Positions 26,528 to 39,250 of a DNA stretch of 64,000 bases are shown here, one piece after another (within the stretch, counting starts at the first letter, position 1; every line of letters begins with the position of its first letter). Under the pieces are notes generated by a model that did not search any database, had not been told where the DNA came from, and was given only the letters and a program-made list of their open reading frames with translations. The position numbers and the translations under genes were made by a program. The stretch spans positions 40,260,998 through 40,324,997 of the forward strand of contig JAHRHZ010000016.1 of assembly GCA_024137785.1 (NCBI GenBank), given 5' to 3'. The DNA is from Ginglymostoma cirratum (taxonomy: Eukaryota).

Positions 26528-26630
26528 AGCAGCTTTCCTGTTCCTATGATGCTGCTTGGCCTGCTGTGTTCATCCAGCTCTACACCTTGTTATCTCAGAT
26601 TCTCCAGCATCTGCAGTACCTATTATCTTT
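26528..26630 (+). mobile_element. PLE family 1 pLTR 3' fragment
   Basis: agctttcctgttcctatgatgctgcttggcctgctgtgttcatccagctc...ctgcagtacctattatct. Confidence 0.8.
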
Positions 26631-26685
26631 CTTACACTAAGTATGCAGCCAACTTCCAAAGCCAACGGTTTCTACACAATATAGA

Positions 26686-27320
26686 GGTGCCTGTTTTGGA
26701 CTGGGGTGGACAAGGTCAGAAATCACACAACACCAATTTATAGTCCAACAGGTTTATTTGAAATCATAAGTTTTCAGAGCCTCAGTCCTCCTTCAGGTGT
26801 TAGTGAGAGAGGTAGTATCAGACACAGAATTTATAAGTAAAAGATCAAAAGTTCACACCATTGATGAGGATGTACTAAACAAACCTAAGATGCTGTTAAA
26901 TCTTTAATCGGTTAGAAGGTTTTAATTGATTAATATGTATATGCAAATCCCCGAATTCCTTTCAAATCACGGTCCTGAGAGAACTGAAGGTTTTATCAGT
27001 GTAAAGAAGAGGTGACCTTTTAGGTATGAGACCTTGTTTAGAATCTGCTTCTGTTTTAGTTTGGAGTCAGACTGGTTGTATTTCTAAAGTAGGAACTTAT
27101 AAAATACCATTGACTGACTGTCTCTAAATTGTGTGCTTTTGGAACAAAATAAAATGTATTTGCAAATACAAATTCACCCCGTAGATTCACTTGAGTCTGT
27201 GAGACAGAGTGAGAGCGTGAGAGTGGAGAAGGGAGAAAGAGAGAGAGTGAGTGTGAGTGTGTGAGTGAGTGCGTGTGCATGTGCGTAGAGCAGGTGTCCT
27301 CCACCTCAGCTTGGAACCTG
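26686..27320 (-). mobile_element. PLE family 3 3' region with degenerate HHR
   Basis: Minus strand cacCTGAAGGAggactgaggctcTGAAAacttatg...AATAAAcctgttggactata...gtccaccccagtcca; GA/GT microsatellite further upstream. Confidence 0.6.
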
Positions 27321-27414
27321 GGACAACACTAGGTGTAGTGAGAGGGAAGGAAAGAAAATAACTTTTTTAGTGCACTTTGGTGGCTTGGGTGACAATGTGC
27401 TGCATACAAGGTAT

Positions 27415-27594
27415 GAGAGATAATAGGAACTGCAGATGCTGGAGAATCCGAGATAACAAGGTGTGGAGCTGGATGAACACAGCAGGCCAAGCAGCATCAT
27501 AGGAGCAGGAAAGCTTGATGTTTCGGGCCTAGACCCTGCTCCTATGATGCTGCTTGGCCTGCTGTGTTCATCCAGCTCCACACCTTGTTATCTA
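27415..27594. mobile_element. 180-bp PLE family 1 fold-back unit with 17-bp TSD
   Basis: Perfect 59-bp inverted arms 27451-27509 and 27535-27593; TSD tgctgcata(c/t)aaggtat at 27398-27414 and 27595-27611. Confidence 0.9.
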
Positions 27595-27724
27595 TGCTGC
27601 ATATAAGGTATCACATTTACGAAACTCTGATCATTCTAATACTACAACTGTTTATTTGGCTCTGTCTTTAGCCCTAAATGTAAGTGTGCCAGCGAGATGC
27701 CTAACTCCATATTCATACAGGATG

Positions 27725-28520
27725 TACCATGGATAGATGGCTGTATTGAGACCCTGCTCGATAAAAAGGAAAGAAGTAAGCAAAGGGACAACTGCACGAA
27801 GCGGATTGGCAGCACAGTAGCAGTGAAACAGCTTGGAAAGCCGAGAGCATGAATCAACCCAAAGGATTTAAATAAAGCACTGTAGAGATCTCAGTGCCCC
27901 ATGCCAATCACTGAAGAAATTTTGGCAGAACTTGCACAAGCAACACTCTTCACTACCCTAGATGCAAAAAATGATTACTGGCAAGTGAAACTGGGAGGTA
28001 ACTGTAGTTTTTTTAAACAGGGGAGAGATCAATGGTGCATGCAGTTCGGTACATCCATGACTCTGGAGGAATATCAACACAGACAACATGAGCTAGTGAT
28101 CTTCCCAAGTGGAAGCTATAGTGGATGATTTACTAGTTTATGAAGATTCAATGAAAAAAAATCCATTACTGACCATGACCAAAATCTAGTGTGACTGCCA
28201 GACAGAACTTACCAGATGAATCTGAAATTAAACAAGAAAATATTGGAATAAAGAAGTTAGAATCAAATACATTGACAATGTGGTTACAGTTTGCCCAGAT
28301 CCCAGAAACAATTGTGAGCTGTGGCAACAATGGAACAAGCAATGAATGTAGAAACAATGAGAGTATCCCTCAGCTCATGAGTGAAGAATTCAGTCACTTT
28401 GATTCACCACCACACATTATTTCCACACTGTTGTCAGTTGAATGGAAAGGCTGAGGCAGCAGGGAAAATTGCCAGAAATCTCAAAGAAATTGAGGAAATC
28501 CCACAAGTTTTATTAAAGGC
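27725..28520 (+). mobile_element. Ty3/Gypsy pol remnant (RT plus integrase pieces)
   Basis: NPKDLNKAL.RSQCPMPITEEILAELAQATLFTTLDAKNDYWQVKL (Gypsy RT); later QFAQIPETIVS..N and SPPH...NGKAE (integrase core). Confidence 0.8.
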
Positions 28521-30296
28521 AAGCCCGTGGTAAAGCACTTTTCAGTTATAATGTTCTTGCCAACGTTGAACTCTATTTATTTGGTCCACATGCATTCTTT
28601 CCTTACAGAAATTTCTCCCAGTTATTCATCTTCACCCTGCAGAAATTGCAAATACTATAAACAAATGACAAAGAGATTTATGGCAAGCACTGAGTGATAC
28701 GTATCCCCTCTGTGTCAATACTCTTGAAGAATAACAGAATGTGATAGAGACAGGTTGAATTTAAACATATAAGAAAGTGTGCATTATCATGGATATTTTG
28801 GGTTATCCACATTACCCTATATACACACACAGTGCACTGCTGTTCTTGTGCAATTGGAGTTTGTTAATCTTGTCGGTCTCTGCATATACATTTCATATGT
28901 AAATCTTAAAATTGCACTGGTCTCTTAATGGTGCGTACATGTTTTCATTAACTGCTCATTTGGGTTCATCTGCTGTTCCCATTTCATTTCTTGTTTCTGT
29001 GTTAGCTGTTTTTATTACATCTTTGTTGTTACAACGATGATAAAACCAAGACTGAATATGGGAAGAAAGATTTGAAAAAATAAAACTGCTTCCGACATAT
29101 TGATTGTTGGTATATTGTGTGTTCCTTAAACTATTTTATTTTTCAAAACTATTGCATCACAACTATTGGAAACAACTTTTATTGTAATTGATTTGCCCTA
29201 AGAATTTTTGTGGCATTTCTGAACAGTGTTTAAAATCAGCTACTTACTAGATAAGCTTGCTCTTGTTTGTTGCCAACCTGAAAATGACCCATTTATCCCA
29301 ACTTATCTTCATTCACTAACTGACTTTCCGACAGGATACTGATGAGTCTGCCATTCCCATCAAGTTTCAGGCAGCTGGGAATTGGAGTGAATATTAGACC
29401 CTTTCAATGCTGTTGGGATGATGCCTCAGCCATTATTCACTATCATGACTGTGCCAATTCTCTGCAAAAGCAACTCTGCTGGTCCCAAAACCAAATTTTT
29501 CTGTCAAATTACATTGTAAAGGATAATAAGTAAGAGAATATTTCCATTACGGTGCGCAGATGCATGGCATTGCTTTTGTTAACAGCAGACAATAGAAAAT
29601 GGTACAGTTTAGAACATGGACCCTTAAAAGAACCCATTTGATTTTCTGTCATTTGTTGTTCTAAGCAGAGATGAAAGAATAGGGGAAGAACCCTTGTAGT
29701 TTTTAAAGCTTTGAAGGCAAATCCAGTGTAATCTTTATTTGATGCTGTCTTTAAGAAAATTATGAGTTGTCAGCCTTCTTGGATTTTTAAACACAAGTCG
29801 CAGAATGAAGCAAATTTAAATCACGACATGGGTTCGCCAAATGTATATATTTAAAATCCTGCATTCAAGCATTAAATGACTTTGAGCCTTCCTATAATGA
29901 AACTCATCATCTAGAAAGCTGAAAACACAGTAAAGTAGATGACAGTGTGACTAACGATATAGAATTTTACAATATATGCTGCAATGTTTTTTGACTATGA
30001 GATGTTGAATCTTCCCTACCTTGGAGGTATTATGGTCCTTCAGACCTGACATTATCCATGTAGCACTTCACAGGTAATTGCCCAGGATAACAATTTTCAT
30101 CTGAAAGTTACTGAATCTATTTATTCCCATGTATGCTCTATTAAATTGATCGAGTTCATGATCCTTTTCTTAGATCAACTTCTGAAATTTTTAATGTTAT
30201 TTAGACAATGACATCATGAGCATCTTGATTGAAGATATGGGTTTTGTTCAGGCTGAAGTTGGGTATGTAGATGGACAATCCTGTGGATTAGTTCTT

Positions 30297-31335
30297 GGCA
30301 GGACTGGGGAGACCATAGTCCCTGGATTACCTACAGACATAATTAACTTATAATAAGAAAGGTTGTTTTGTTGAAAACAGAATGGACATACAAGGCAGAG
30401 AGATGGCTTTAAGCGTAATTCAGTGACGTTGAAAATTCCTGCGTGAATTACACCCAGCTTCAAGAGGAATGTCACATGTGGAAGGATGTCAAGGAATTTC
30501 AGAAAGCCCACTTGAAAAGGAAGAGATGCAATGCAAAACCTGTACCATCTCCTGTGACTAACATGCCTCGATAAAAGAAACACATCTGGGTGAAAGGCAC
30601 GTCTGGTGTTTCCCCTTGCCAGGAATACAGAAAGGAAAGAATTTAAAAACTTACTGCAACCTGAGTCTGTATGTGTGTGTGTGTGTGTGTGTCCCTGCGA
30701 ATCTGGTGTTCTGAAAGTATGCTAGACTGGTATCCCAGTACTACTAGGCCAGAGTGTGCTGTGAAATGTGATGTCTAAAGAGCATTGACCAGATTCCCCC
30801 TATACTAGCAGTTTAAAAAATAAAACGAACAAACAAAAAAAAAGTGAAGCACTCTGTCTCCGATTGCTAAAAGGAAATCACCTGTCAAAAGCCACAATTG
30901 AACAGGAACCAAACACATTGTTTTGGCCAAGATACTGAACCCAGAATTTCCAAATCAACTGCTTAACTGCCAGAGATAATACCACCTGAAACATCCAAGT
31001 TAATGACTACAGCATTTCACCAGCTGCATGGATAAACCAAAGACTAATTCATACATTTTTAGTGGTTATTCTCTCTTAGCTCATTTCTCATCTCAAATTT
31101 GTTTGCGTTAGGTTTAAATTTGCAATTCTATTGTTTTAGTAACTCACTCTTTCTTTAATTGAAGAATGCCTTGTTAAATTATCTCCTTTTCAATGTAATT
31201 ATTTTTTTTTAAATTGGGAAAGATGTCCATCGAGGAAGGTATCCTTTGTTTTGATTTGACCTTGTTGTGACCAACAGAGGGAAGGGTTAAATAAAGGCAA
31301 TCCAGTTCCTCCCTCCTCACCCAGGATCAAGACTA
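30297..31335 (+). mobile_element. Probable solo LTR
   Basis: LTR-like layout, ends ...ccagttcctccctcctcacccaggatcaagac; internal (TG)n; termini degenerate. Confidence 0.35.
30670..30692. repeat. (TG)n microsatellite
   Basis: Visible directly; others at ~4746, ~37917, ~53093. Confidence 0.95.
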
Positions 31336-31359
31336 ATTGGGGACCCTCACCTGAGATCC

Positions 31360-31670
31360 AATCATAAAAAGAACATGTGGAGGCTATTCCAACCCTTGAG
31401 CTTATTTTGTCATTCAATTCCCTTGCCAATCAAAACCTATCTATCTAACTCGTATTCAGTGGCCCAGCATCTACTGCCTTCTAAGGAAGAGAGTTCCAAA
31501 CACTAATGATCTAACAAGCAAAGAAATAAGTCCTCTGTTCCATCTTTAATGGGAGACCCCTACGTTGAAATTTTATCCCTTAGTGCTGGGCTTCCTCAAT
31601 CACAGGAACATTGTCTTTGCATCTACCCTGGAATCTTATGATTCGACAAGATCAGCTCTCATTTAAAAGG
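31360..31670 (-). mobile_element. Old CR1 3' fragment
   Basis: aatcataaaaagaacatg...aggaagagagttccaaacactaatg...gggagacccc, similar to 2570-3130. Confidence 0.6.
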
Positions 31671-32194
31671 AAATGGGTTGGGAGGTAATTAACTAACCTA
31701 CCTTTGAGAGGATTCTCAGCAATTTAGACATAGTAATAAGAATGAGCTGGTAAATTTTCAAATTGGAAACCAGGCAACTGGAGGGAGACCAGTTGTTCAG
31801 TTCAGCACTTGAGTGGATTTTTAATCACTCTTTGCAGAACAGGAGCAATAGAAGTGCTTCACCAAATAACCTGTTTTCCTCCTGGTGATCAAAACGTTCT
31901 CTGACCTGAGTCAACTAACTCCCATGGTATGACATCCCCTATGAACTGAAGACCTCTTCAGCTGATTTCCATCCAATCTGAAGGCTTCACCCCAATCTAA
32001 TGAACTCCATCCAATTTGAAGACCCCTCCCATTCCATGATCACTCTTTCCTTTCATTCTGCTTGTGGCCTTGTGCTGGAGCTCTCACTGCTTACCAGCTA
32101 GTAAGCCTCTCAATTCGGTTGGCCAACAGCTGGAAAGCATAGGCAAAAAAAAAAAAAAAATTGAATGCAGCCCTGATGTTAGATTCTGTGGGAA

Positions 32195-32860
32195 CTTTTT
32201 CTATTTATTCATTCAGGGAAGTGGGTGTTAGTGGTCTGGTCAGCAATATTGCCCATCCCTTCTTGTTCTTGAGAAGGAGGTGATGAGCTGTCTTCTTGAA
32301 CCAAAGCAATGCATTTTGTGTAAATAGACCCACAATGATAATAGGGAGGGTTTTTTTAACTACCTGAAGAGTCGTGAATTAGGCGTTGTTCATCACAATC
32401 AGTGGGGAACATCCCCACTTCTGTCCTTATGATGTGGGGAAGATCATTGATGAAAGAACTGAAAATGGTTTGAGCTAGGACAATACTCTGAGGAACTCCT
32501 ACAGAGATGTCCTGGAGTTGAAATGGCTAACATCCAAAAACAACAACCATCTTCCATTGTGCCAGATATGACTCCAAACAATGAAGAATGTTTTCCTGAA
32601 TTCCACTGACTCTAATTTTACTAGAACTCCTTGATGCAACACTCACCCAAAGGCAGTCTTGATGTAAAAAGGGCAGTCACTCTCACCTTATCTCTGGAAT
32701 ACAACTCACTTGTTTATGTTTATACCGAGATTGTAAGTAGTTCAGGAGCTGAGTGGCCCTAGTGAAGCCAAATCTGGTCATCAATGAGTAGGTTATTGCT
32801 AAGCAGGCGCTGCTTTGGTTGCACAGTTTATGACATCATCCAACACTTTATGATGACCAA
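32195..32860 (-). mobile_element. LINE family B (3' end joined to RT segment)
   Basis: tttattcattcagggaagtgggtgt...gcccatccct; catccccacttctgtccttatgat; aagggcagtcactctcacct. Confidence 0.8.
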
Positions 32861-32864
32861 GGAA

Positions 32865-33050
32865 CTTAGTGAACTAGATTTTTTAAAACTAGTGTTTTTA
32901 TGACAATGGTCTCATAGTTATCATTACGCTTTATATTTCAGACATTTATCAAATTCAAATTCCACCAACTGCAGATGAGATTTGAACCCAAATCCCCAGC
33001 AAATTATTTGGGACTTCTGGATGTAGTTCAGTGATAACATCGTTGCAAAC
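32865..33050 (-). mobile_element. tRNA-derived SINE (non-HE1) 5' portion
   Basis: Minus strand ...gctggggatttgGGTTCAAATCtcatctgcagttggtggaatttgaattt (B-box). Confidence 0.5.
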
Positions 33051-33206
33051 ACCTCACATTAAAAAACCTGCACATTACTCATGTAAAGTGCATATCTTTT
33101 TATTTTTGTGCTTTTTAAAATTGTGGACTGAAATGAAAAAGAACAGTTTTAAAACTAAATGTTTTTCAAGGATTGCTGTAGGTTTTGAAAAAGCAAGTAA
33201 CCTGAC

Positions 33207-33999
33207 TGTCATGACAAACTTGTCTTGAACTAACAGTAATTGAAGTGTTTGCAGATGAATAGAGCTGAGAGTATTCAGATAGAGCTTTGGTTGGCAACAA
33301 GATTGGTCTATGGACCAGTGATCAAGTTATCAAAGACTAAGGTGTTTGCCTGTCAACAACTATATGATTAATTGTCATGTAACTGACTAGCTGGGGGCTG
33401 TGAACAAGATGCAGAGAAAAACCATCCAATTTTCATCCAACTATGTGTTCTCTCACTGTGCTCTGTAGTAGCCAGTTTAAATGTGAAGAAAAACAATTCG
33501 TCTTTTCGTCAGTCGTTGCTGTAAGTTGTGATATTTACTTGAAGAACCAGAGACCTTTTACAAGTGAACCAGCAACACTCTGCCTCTTGCAAACCAATGG
33601 AAAAATTCAGAAAACGAAAGCCAATAGGTAACATTCTGATCAGCAAGAACCTACTCATTAGATCTTATGAACAAAGATTACTGAATTCCTTTTGCATTTT
33701 ATTTCTGTCTACATCTGTCTGTGTGTGCAAAAGAAGGAGCTTGTGAGGGGATTGGAGTTTAAAATTAATAGCGTTATATGGTGATGGTTTATAACAGTTA
33801 ATCTGTAGATAATTTAATTACTTATTATAAATAGTAATTCTTGTTCAGTACAGATACCTGGTCATTTAGTTCCATCAACGTAGGTCTGGAAATCAGGTAA
33901 ATTAGGAAGTTTGAGTGTTTTTTAAAATCTTAAACTTTTGTGATGACCTTGCAATAGCAGGGCTTGATTTCCAACATAATATCCCAATGAGAAGTGACA
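33207..33999 (+). mobile_element. Probable solo LTR
   Basis: tgtca...tgaca termini; LTR-like interior; no direct TSD seen. Confidence 0.4.
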
Positions 34000-34089
34000 G
34001 TCATGGTTTTGATGTTATAATCACAGCTAATGATACTACTGAGCCAGTCAGATCACAGACTGGAATCTGGTTTGATAGATGATGTCTCC

Positions 34090-35700
34090 TGCATTTTGGA
34101 AAAAAGGGGTCTTTTACTAAAGTACAAGCGCAGAGTACTGCAGATCTGGTTTTACCAATTGAACCAGAGTTGATTCACAAAAGTAAAGATGATAAAATAG
34201 ACTAACTTTGTTTCAAATTGTTATGTGGAAAAAGAAACATTTTGAAACTGAAAGTAAAAAGTACAATTCCATCTATCCCAACATCAATACTTTATAGCAC
34301 TCAAGCACCAGAGAGAGTTTGCTTCGCTATCATGTCTTTAATTTTAACTGTTGTTTCTTTCAACTCTTATTCTTGAGAATTTGGTTGCTTCTTCCTGGAC
34401 AACTCATACAAGTGAGGTTACATTTTCTCAGCTTTGAAAAACCCTTTCGTTGTTCTAACTAAAGATTTCTCATCTGGAACTTTCAAACTGAATGCCATAT
34501 ACCAAGATAACTTATTTCTAACAGACATAAATTATCTCCTTTCTTCAGGAGAAAATATTTCACACATTTAACTTCCACTAGGCTCTCTGAACTGAAAACA
34601 AAGGCTTTCCAATGCATCTCAAAAGCAAAAAAAAAATTCTTGTTTCTTAAACAATGCTGGTGAGTGCTCCTTAGTATTTACACTGTCCACTCAAATCTCT
34701 CCCGCATCAAACAAACTCCCAATATCACCCCAGGGAATTCTTCTCTCATACTGGTTCTGAAAAAATTCATGGATAAAGAAATACTGACAAGTTAATCATT
34801 AAAGGCTGTCATGGTCACTGACCAAAGCCTATAACAACTAGTTCAAAATCCAAATGCTAAATTAAATATTATTATATATAATCACACACCTTGCATCATG
34901 AAGAAGAATTAAAGTACATCTTTTAAGAGGCAGCTTCATTACCTATCAAAACTTATCATAACACTATTTCAATGCCACATCAACAGTAGCAACATATTGG
35001 CATTAAATGTACAATGAGCTACATGCCCTACCACGTTTTACCTATGTCCATCAGTATCACAGAATTTGGCGCCCTTCATCTGTTCCCTTGATAATGCATG
35101 TTATCACTTTTCATATTCCAGGCGCACAAAATTTTTTCAAAATTATATAATTGAAGAATTAAGTTCCACCAAAATAGCCTTTGCCCTGTAGTTTTCCCCC
35201 TGAGGTAATCAAAGGATTGTGATCCATATAAATAATAGGATTTTCCAATTTGTTGACTGTATATTTCAAAATGATGTACAGTTAACCCAAGACTCAGTTA
35301 TTGAATAATTTTGCCAACATGCAGACAGTTTCTTTGAAAAATAACTGACTGGCTATTTGAGCCCATCTTATCATCTTGACAACCCCCACACCAATGTCAC
35401 TCACATTAACAGTGAGTTTTAATGTCTTCTCATACGTCAGTGTGGCTTAAACCAACACAGTTGTCAGCTTTCAAGTTTTCAAAGACACTTTGACATTCCC
35501 ATGTCCATTCAAATTTTCTGCGTTCAAAAAAAATTTCATTAAAGGTGCAATTGCAGTGCTGAAATCCAGGACAAGTTGACAAGTTGACAAGTTAATCATT
35601 AAAACTCCTTATAGACCCAGACCAAAATCCACATGTGACTAGTTCAAATCCAAGCTCTAAAGTTATCAATAAATTCACACACTTTATATCACATTGTGAC
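34090..35700 (-). repeat. Two related LTR-like remnants in tandem
   Basis: tgacaagttaatcattaaa...gaccaaa...actagttcaaa.tccaa...cacacac occurs at ~34785-34890 and ~35585-35680. Confidence 0.4.
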
Positions 35701-36179
35701 CCAATGGTTATTGCCACCACATCTCACTGGAAACGCTGTGAGTAATTGCTTCTTCCTGATGAAATTATTTCTCTGCTCAGAAAGGCTGTAAAACAGGCCA
35801 CTTGTTTTGTGTGCACAACCTAATAAGTGCTAATCAGACTTTTAACAAATCTATTTAAGACTCCATTGGGTAGAGATATTTTCAGAATAATTTCAACACA
35901 ACATTATTCAAAAAACAGAAGATTCCGACCAAAAGTAACATCAAAGACAATTTCTTGGAAGACCATTTATCACTTTACTGCACTTGGCTAAAATATTTGA
36001 TCATCAATTACTTGTGATATGAGAGAAATTAAGTACTTACTTATAACGTATGTCAAGTGGTAGACATGTGCATCCCTTGTTTTGGACAAGTTAAAAACTG
36101 ATGCAGAATTCAGTAATTGATAAACAAATCTTTATCGGGGGATACTCAGGGGGAGATAGTGGTAAAATCAATTAACTAA

Positions 36180-37740
36180 AACCCTAGTTCAATGGAGAGT
36201 GCAGGAAGGCATGTCAGGAACAGCACCAGGTATACTTAAAAATGAGATGTCAACCTGGTGAAGCTACCAAACAGGACAATTTGTCTGCAAAGCAGCAAAT
36301 GACGGACAGAGATAACAAGTTGTGGGGCTGGATGAACACAGCAGGCCAAGCAGCAANNNNNNNNNNNNNNNNNNNNNNNNNNNNNNNNNNNNNNNNNNNN
36401 NNNNNNNNNNNNNNNNNNNNNNNNNNNNNNNNNNNNNNNNNNNNNNNNNNNNNNNNNNNNNNNNNNNNNNNNNNNNNNNNNNNNNNNNNNNNNNNNNNNN
36501 NNNNNNNNNNNNNNNNNNNNNNNNNNNNNNNNNNNNNNNNNNNNNNNNNNNNNNNNNNNNNNNNNNNNNNNNNNNNNNNNNNNNNNNNNNNNNNNNNNNN
36601 NNNNNNNNNNNNNNNNNNNNNNNNNNNNNNNNNNNNNNNNNNNNNNNNNNNNNNNNNNNNNNNNNNNNNNNNNNNNNNNNNNNNNNNNNNNNNNNNNNNN
36701 NNNNNNNNNNNNNNNNNNNNNNNNNNNNNNNNNNNNNNNNNNNNNNNNNNNNNNNNCAAGCTTTCCTGCTCCTATAATGCTGCTTGGCCTGCTGTGTTCA
36801 TCCAGCCCCACAACTTGTTATCTCGGATCCTCCAGCATCTGCAGTACCTTTTATCTCTAATGACGGACAGAACTAAGTGATCCCATAACCAACAGAGCAG
36901 ATCTATGCTCTGGAGTACCACCATATCCAGGTATGAATGGTGGTAGACAGTTAAACAACTCCCTGGAGGAGGAGGGTTTACAAATATCGCCATCCTCAAT
37001 AATGAAAAAAGACCAACACATAAAAGCAAAAGATAAAGTGGAAGCATTCGCAACAATCTTCAGTCAGAAGTGCTGGGTGGATGGTCCATACTGGCCTCCC
37101 CTGGTGGTCCCCAACATCACAGATGACAGTCTTCAGCCAGTTTGATTCATGCTGTGTGATGTCAAACATTTGGAGACACTAGGTACTGCAAAGACTATGG
37201 ATGCTGACAACATTCCGGCAATAGTACTGAAGACTTGTGATTAAGAACTTGTTGCTCCCCTAGCCAAGCTGTTCCAGTATATTTGCAATGCTGGCATCTA
37301 CCTGGCAATGTGGAAAATTGCCCGAGTATGTAAAAAGCAGGACAAATCCAACCGACCAATTACCACTCCATCAGTCGACTCTCGATCATCAATAAAGTGA
37401 TGGAAAGTGTCATTAACAGTGTTATCAGTCAGCACCTGCTCAATAATAACCTGCTCAGTGATGCCCAGTTTGGGTTCCACCAGGTCACTCAGCTGCTGAC
37501 CTCATTATGGCTTTGGTTCAAAGATGGACAAAAGAGAATGCTGGAGGTGAGGTGAGAGTGATGGCACTTGAAATCAAGGTCACGTTCAGCCAAATGTGGG
37601 ATCAAGGAGCCCTAGAAAAACTGGAATCAATGTGTGTAAGGGGGCAAATTCTCCACTGGTTGGAGTCATTCCTGGCACATAGATTGTGGTTGTTGAAGGG
37701 CAGTCACCTTAGGTCCAGGACATCTCTGCAGGAGCTCTGC
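36180..37740 (+). mobile_element. LINE family B ORF2 fragment hosting a PLE fold-back
   Basis: MRCQPGEATKQD; KAKDKVEAFATIFSQKC; WKIARV; ALVQRWTKE..GEVRVMALEIK. Confidence 0.88.
36311..36858. mobile_element. PLE family 1 fold-back unit with 13-bp TSD (400-N gap inside)
   Basis: Inverted pLTR arms sharing the private variant caagttgtgggg; TSD aatgacggacaga at 36298-36310 and 36859-36871. Confidence 0.88.
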
Positions 37741-37789
37741 AGAATGGATACACTCACCCAAGTGAATCCTGCAATCCTAGTGCATTCCT

Positions 37790-38105
37790 GATGAACCTTG
37801 TGTTGAGATGTTGAGAGGTCAGGAGGTTAGCCACTTATTACAGAGTATCCAGCCTGTGCTCTGAACTTGTGGCCACATTGCTGATGTGACTGACATATTC
37901 AATATGCTGATTCATGTTGTGTGTGTGTGTGTCACTCCTAAACCGCCACCATCCCCGTCCCACCCCACTACATCACCCAATATGAGATGACGTTGCTATT
38001 GAAAGTCGAGAGAAAATGGTTTGACACTTTTTGATGAAGGTAAACTTTATCTGGATCATATGTAGCATGGATATTATCTGGCAATTGCTAGTCTAAGCTG
38101 TATTA
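37790..38105 (-). mobile_element. Older LINE family B-like fragment
   Basis: gagaggtcaggaggttagccactta...cagagtatccagcct...ttgtggccaca, reverse of the family B RT C-terminal region. Confidence 0.5.
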
Positions 38106-38624
38106 GACAGTCTGATCTGTAAACATTTTCACCAGTACAATTTTCAATATTGGATACATCAAATTGCAATTTTGTTGTATAATGTTCTGGTATTTTTGCT
38201 GATTGTTTTGATGATTGAATTCAACTATTTTCTGGTTATTTTTCTGTGTAAACTATAGAACAATTTCCTTGAATGTTATTATTATCTTTCCTTTGATTGC
38301 ACATTGTTTTAAAGGTAAGGTACACAGCAGGAGTAATGGCAGGGTACTGTAGGTTTGTGATAGGAATCCAGAATTCAGCCTAATTACTGAGGCTTTGAAA
38401 CACTTGGAACTGGTTGTTGAAGACTGGGAAGTATATGGGATGAGTCTAGCTTTCTTCTGCACTGTGTAGGAGCCTATGTAATGAAGTAGTATTGGGTAAC
38501 GGTGGTGAAGAGAAGTATTTACCTGGAGCATAGCAGATTGTGAATCAAAGGATGTGGTATCATTGGAGGTGAGAGGATTGTCAGAATCCAGGCAATATCA
38601 ACAGTATTGTACTGATGGAGGATT

Positions 38625-39250
38625 TTTTTTCTATTTATTCCTTCACAGAATTTGGTTAGACTAGCATTTGTTGGCTATCACTACTGGCTTTTGTGGAAGT
38701 GATGATGAATTCCTTTCTTGAACCCATACTGTGGTGAGGAGGAAGTTCTGGGATTTTGACCCAGCAACTGTGAGGGGAGGTTGATAGAGTTCTAAGTCAA
38801 GGTAATGTGGTTTGTAGGGGATCTTGTAAATGATGGTGTTCTCATGTTTCCACTGCTCTCACCCTCCTTGGTGGTAGAGATCACAAGGTCGGAAGGAGCT
38901 TTGCTGAATTGCTGCTGTACAAGTTTTAGATGGTATTTAATACTGTCACTGCATATCAGTGTTGAAGGATTGAATGCTTAAATTTGTGACTGGAGTCCCA
39001 ATCAAGAGGATTGTTTTTGTCTTGCTTGATGTCAAGTTTCTTGAGTGTTACACTAATCTAGGCAGGTGGAAAGTATTTCCCTCACACTTCTGATGAGTGC
39101 CTTGTGGATAGATGATGGACAAGCTTTGGGGAGTCAGGAAGTGAGTTACTTGCCAGAATTCCCAGCCTCTGATCGGCCCTTACAGCCACAGCTTGTATAT
39201 AACTTATCCAGTTCAATTTCTAGTGAATGCTAAACCCCGGGATGCTGATA
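38625..39250 (-). mobile_element. LINE family B 3' part
   Basis: tttttctatttattccttcac...gatggacaagctttggggagtcaggaagtgagttacttgccagaattcccagcct. Confidence 0.8.

Noticed and set aside
27415-27594. Fold-back units read as DNA-transposon MITEs
   Set aside because: Arms are PLE pLTR sequence also attached to GIY-YIG ORFs, are asymmetric, and have variable 13-17 bp TSDs.
35570-35593. (gacaagtt/gacaagt) short tandem of three units
   Set aside because: Simple slippage inside an LTR-like remnant.
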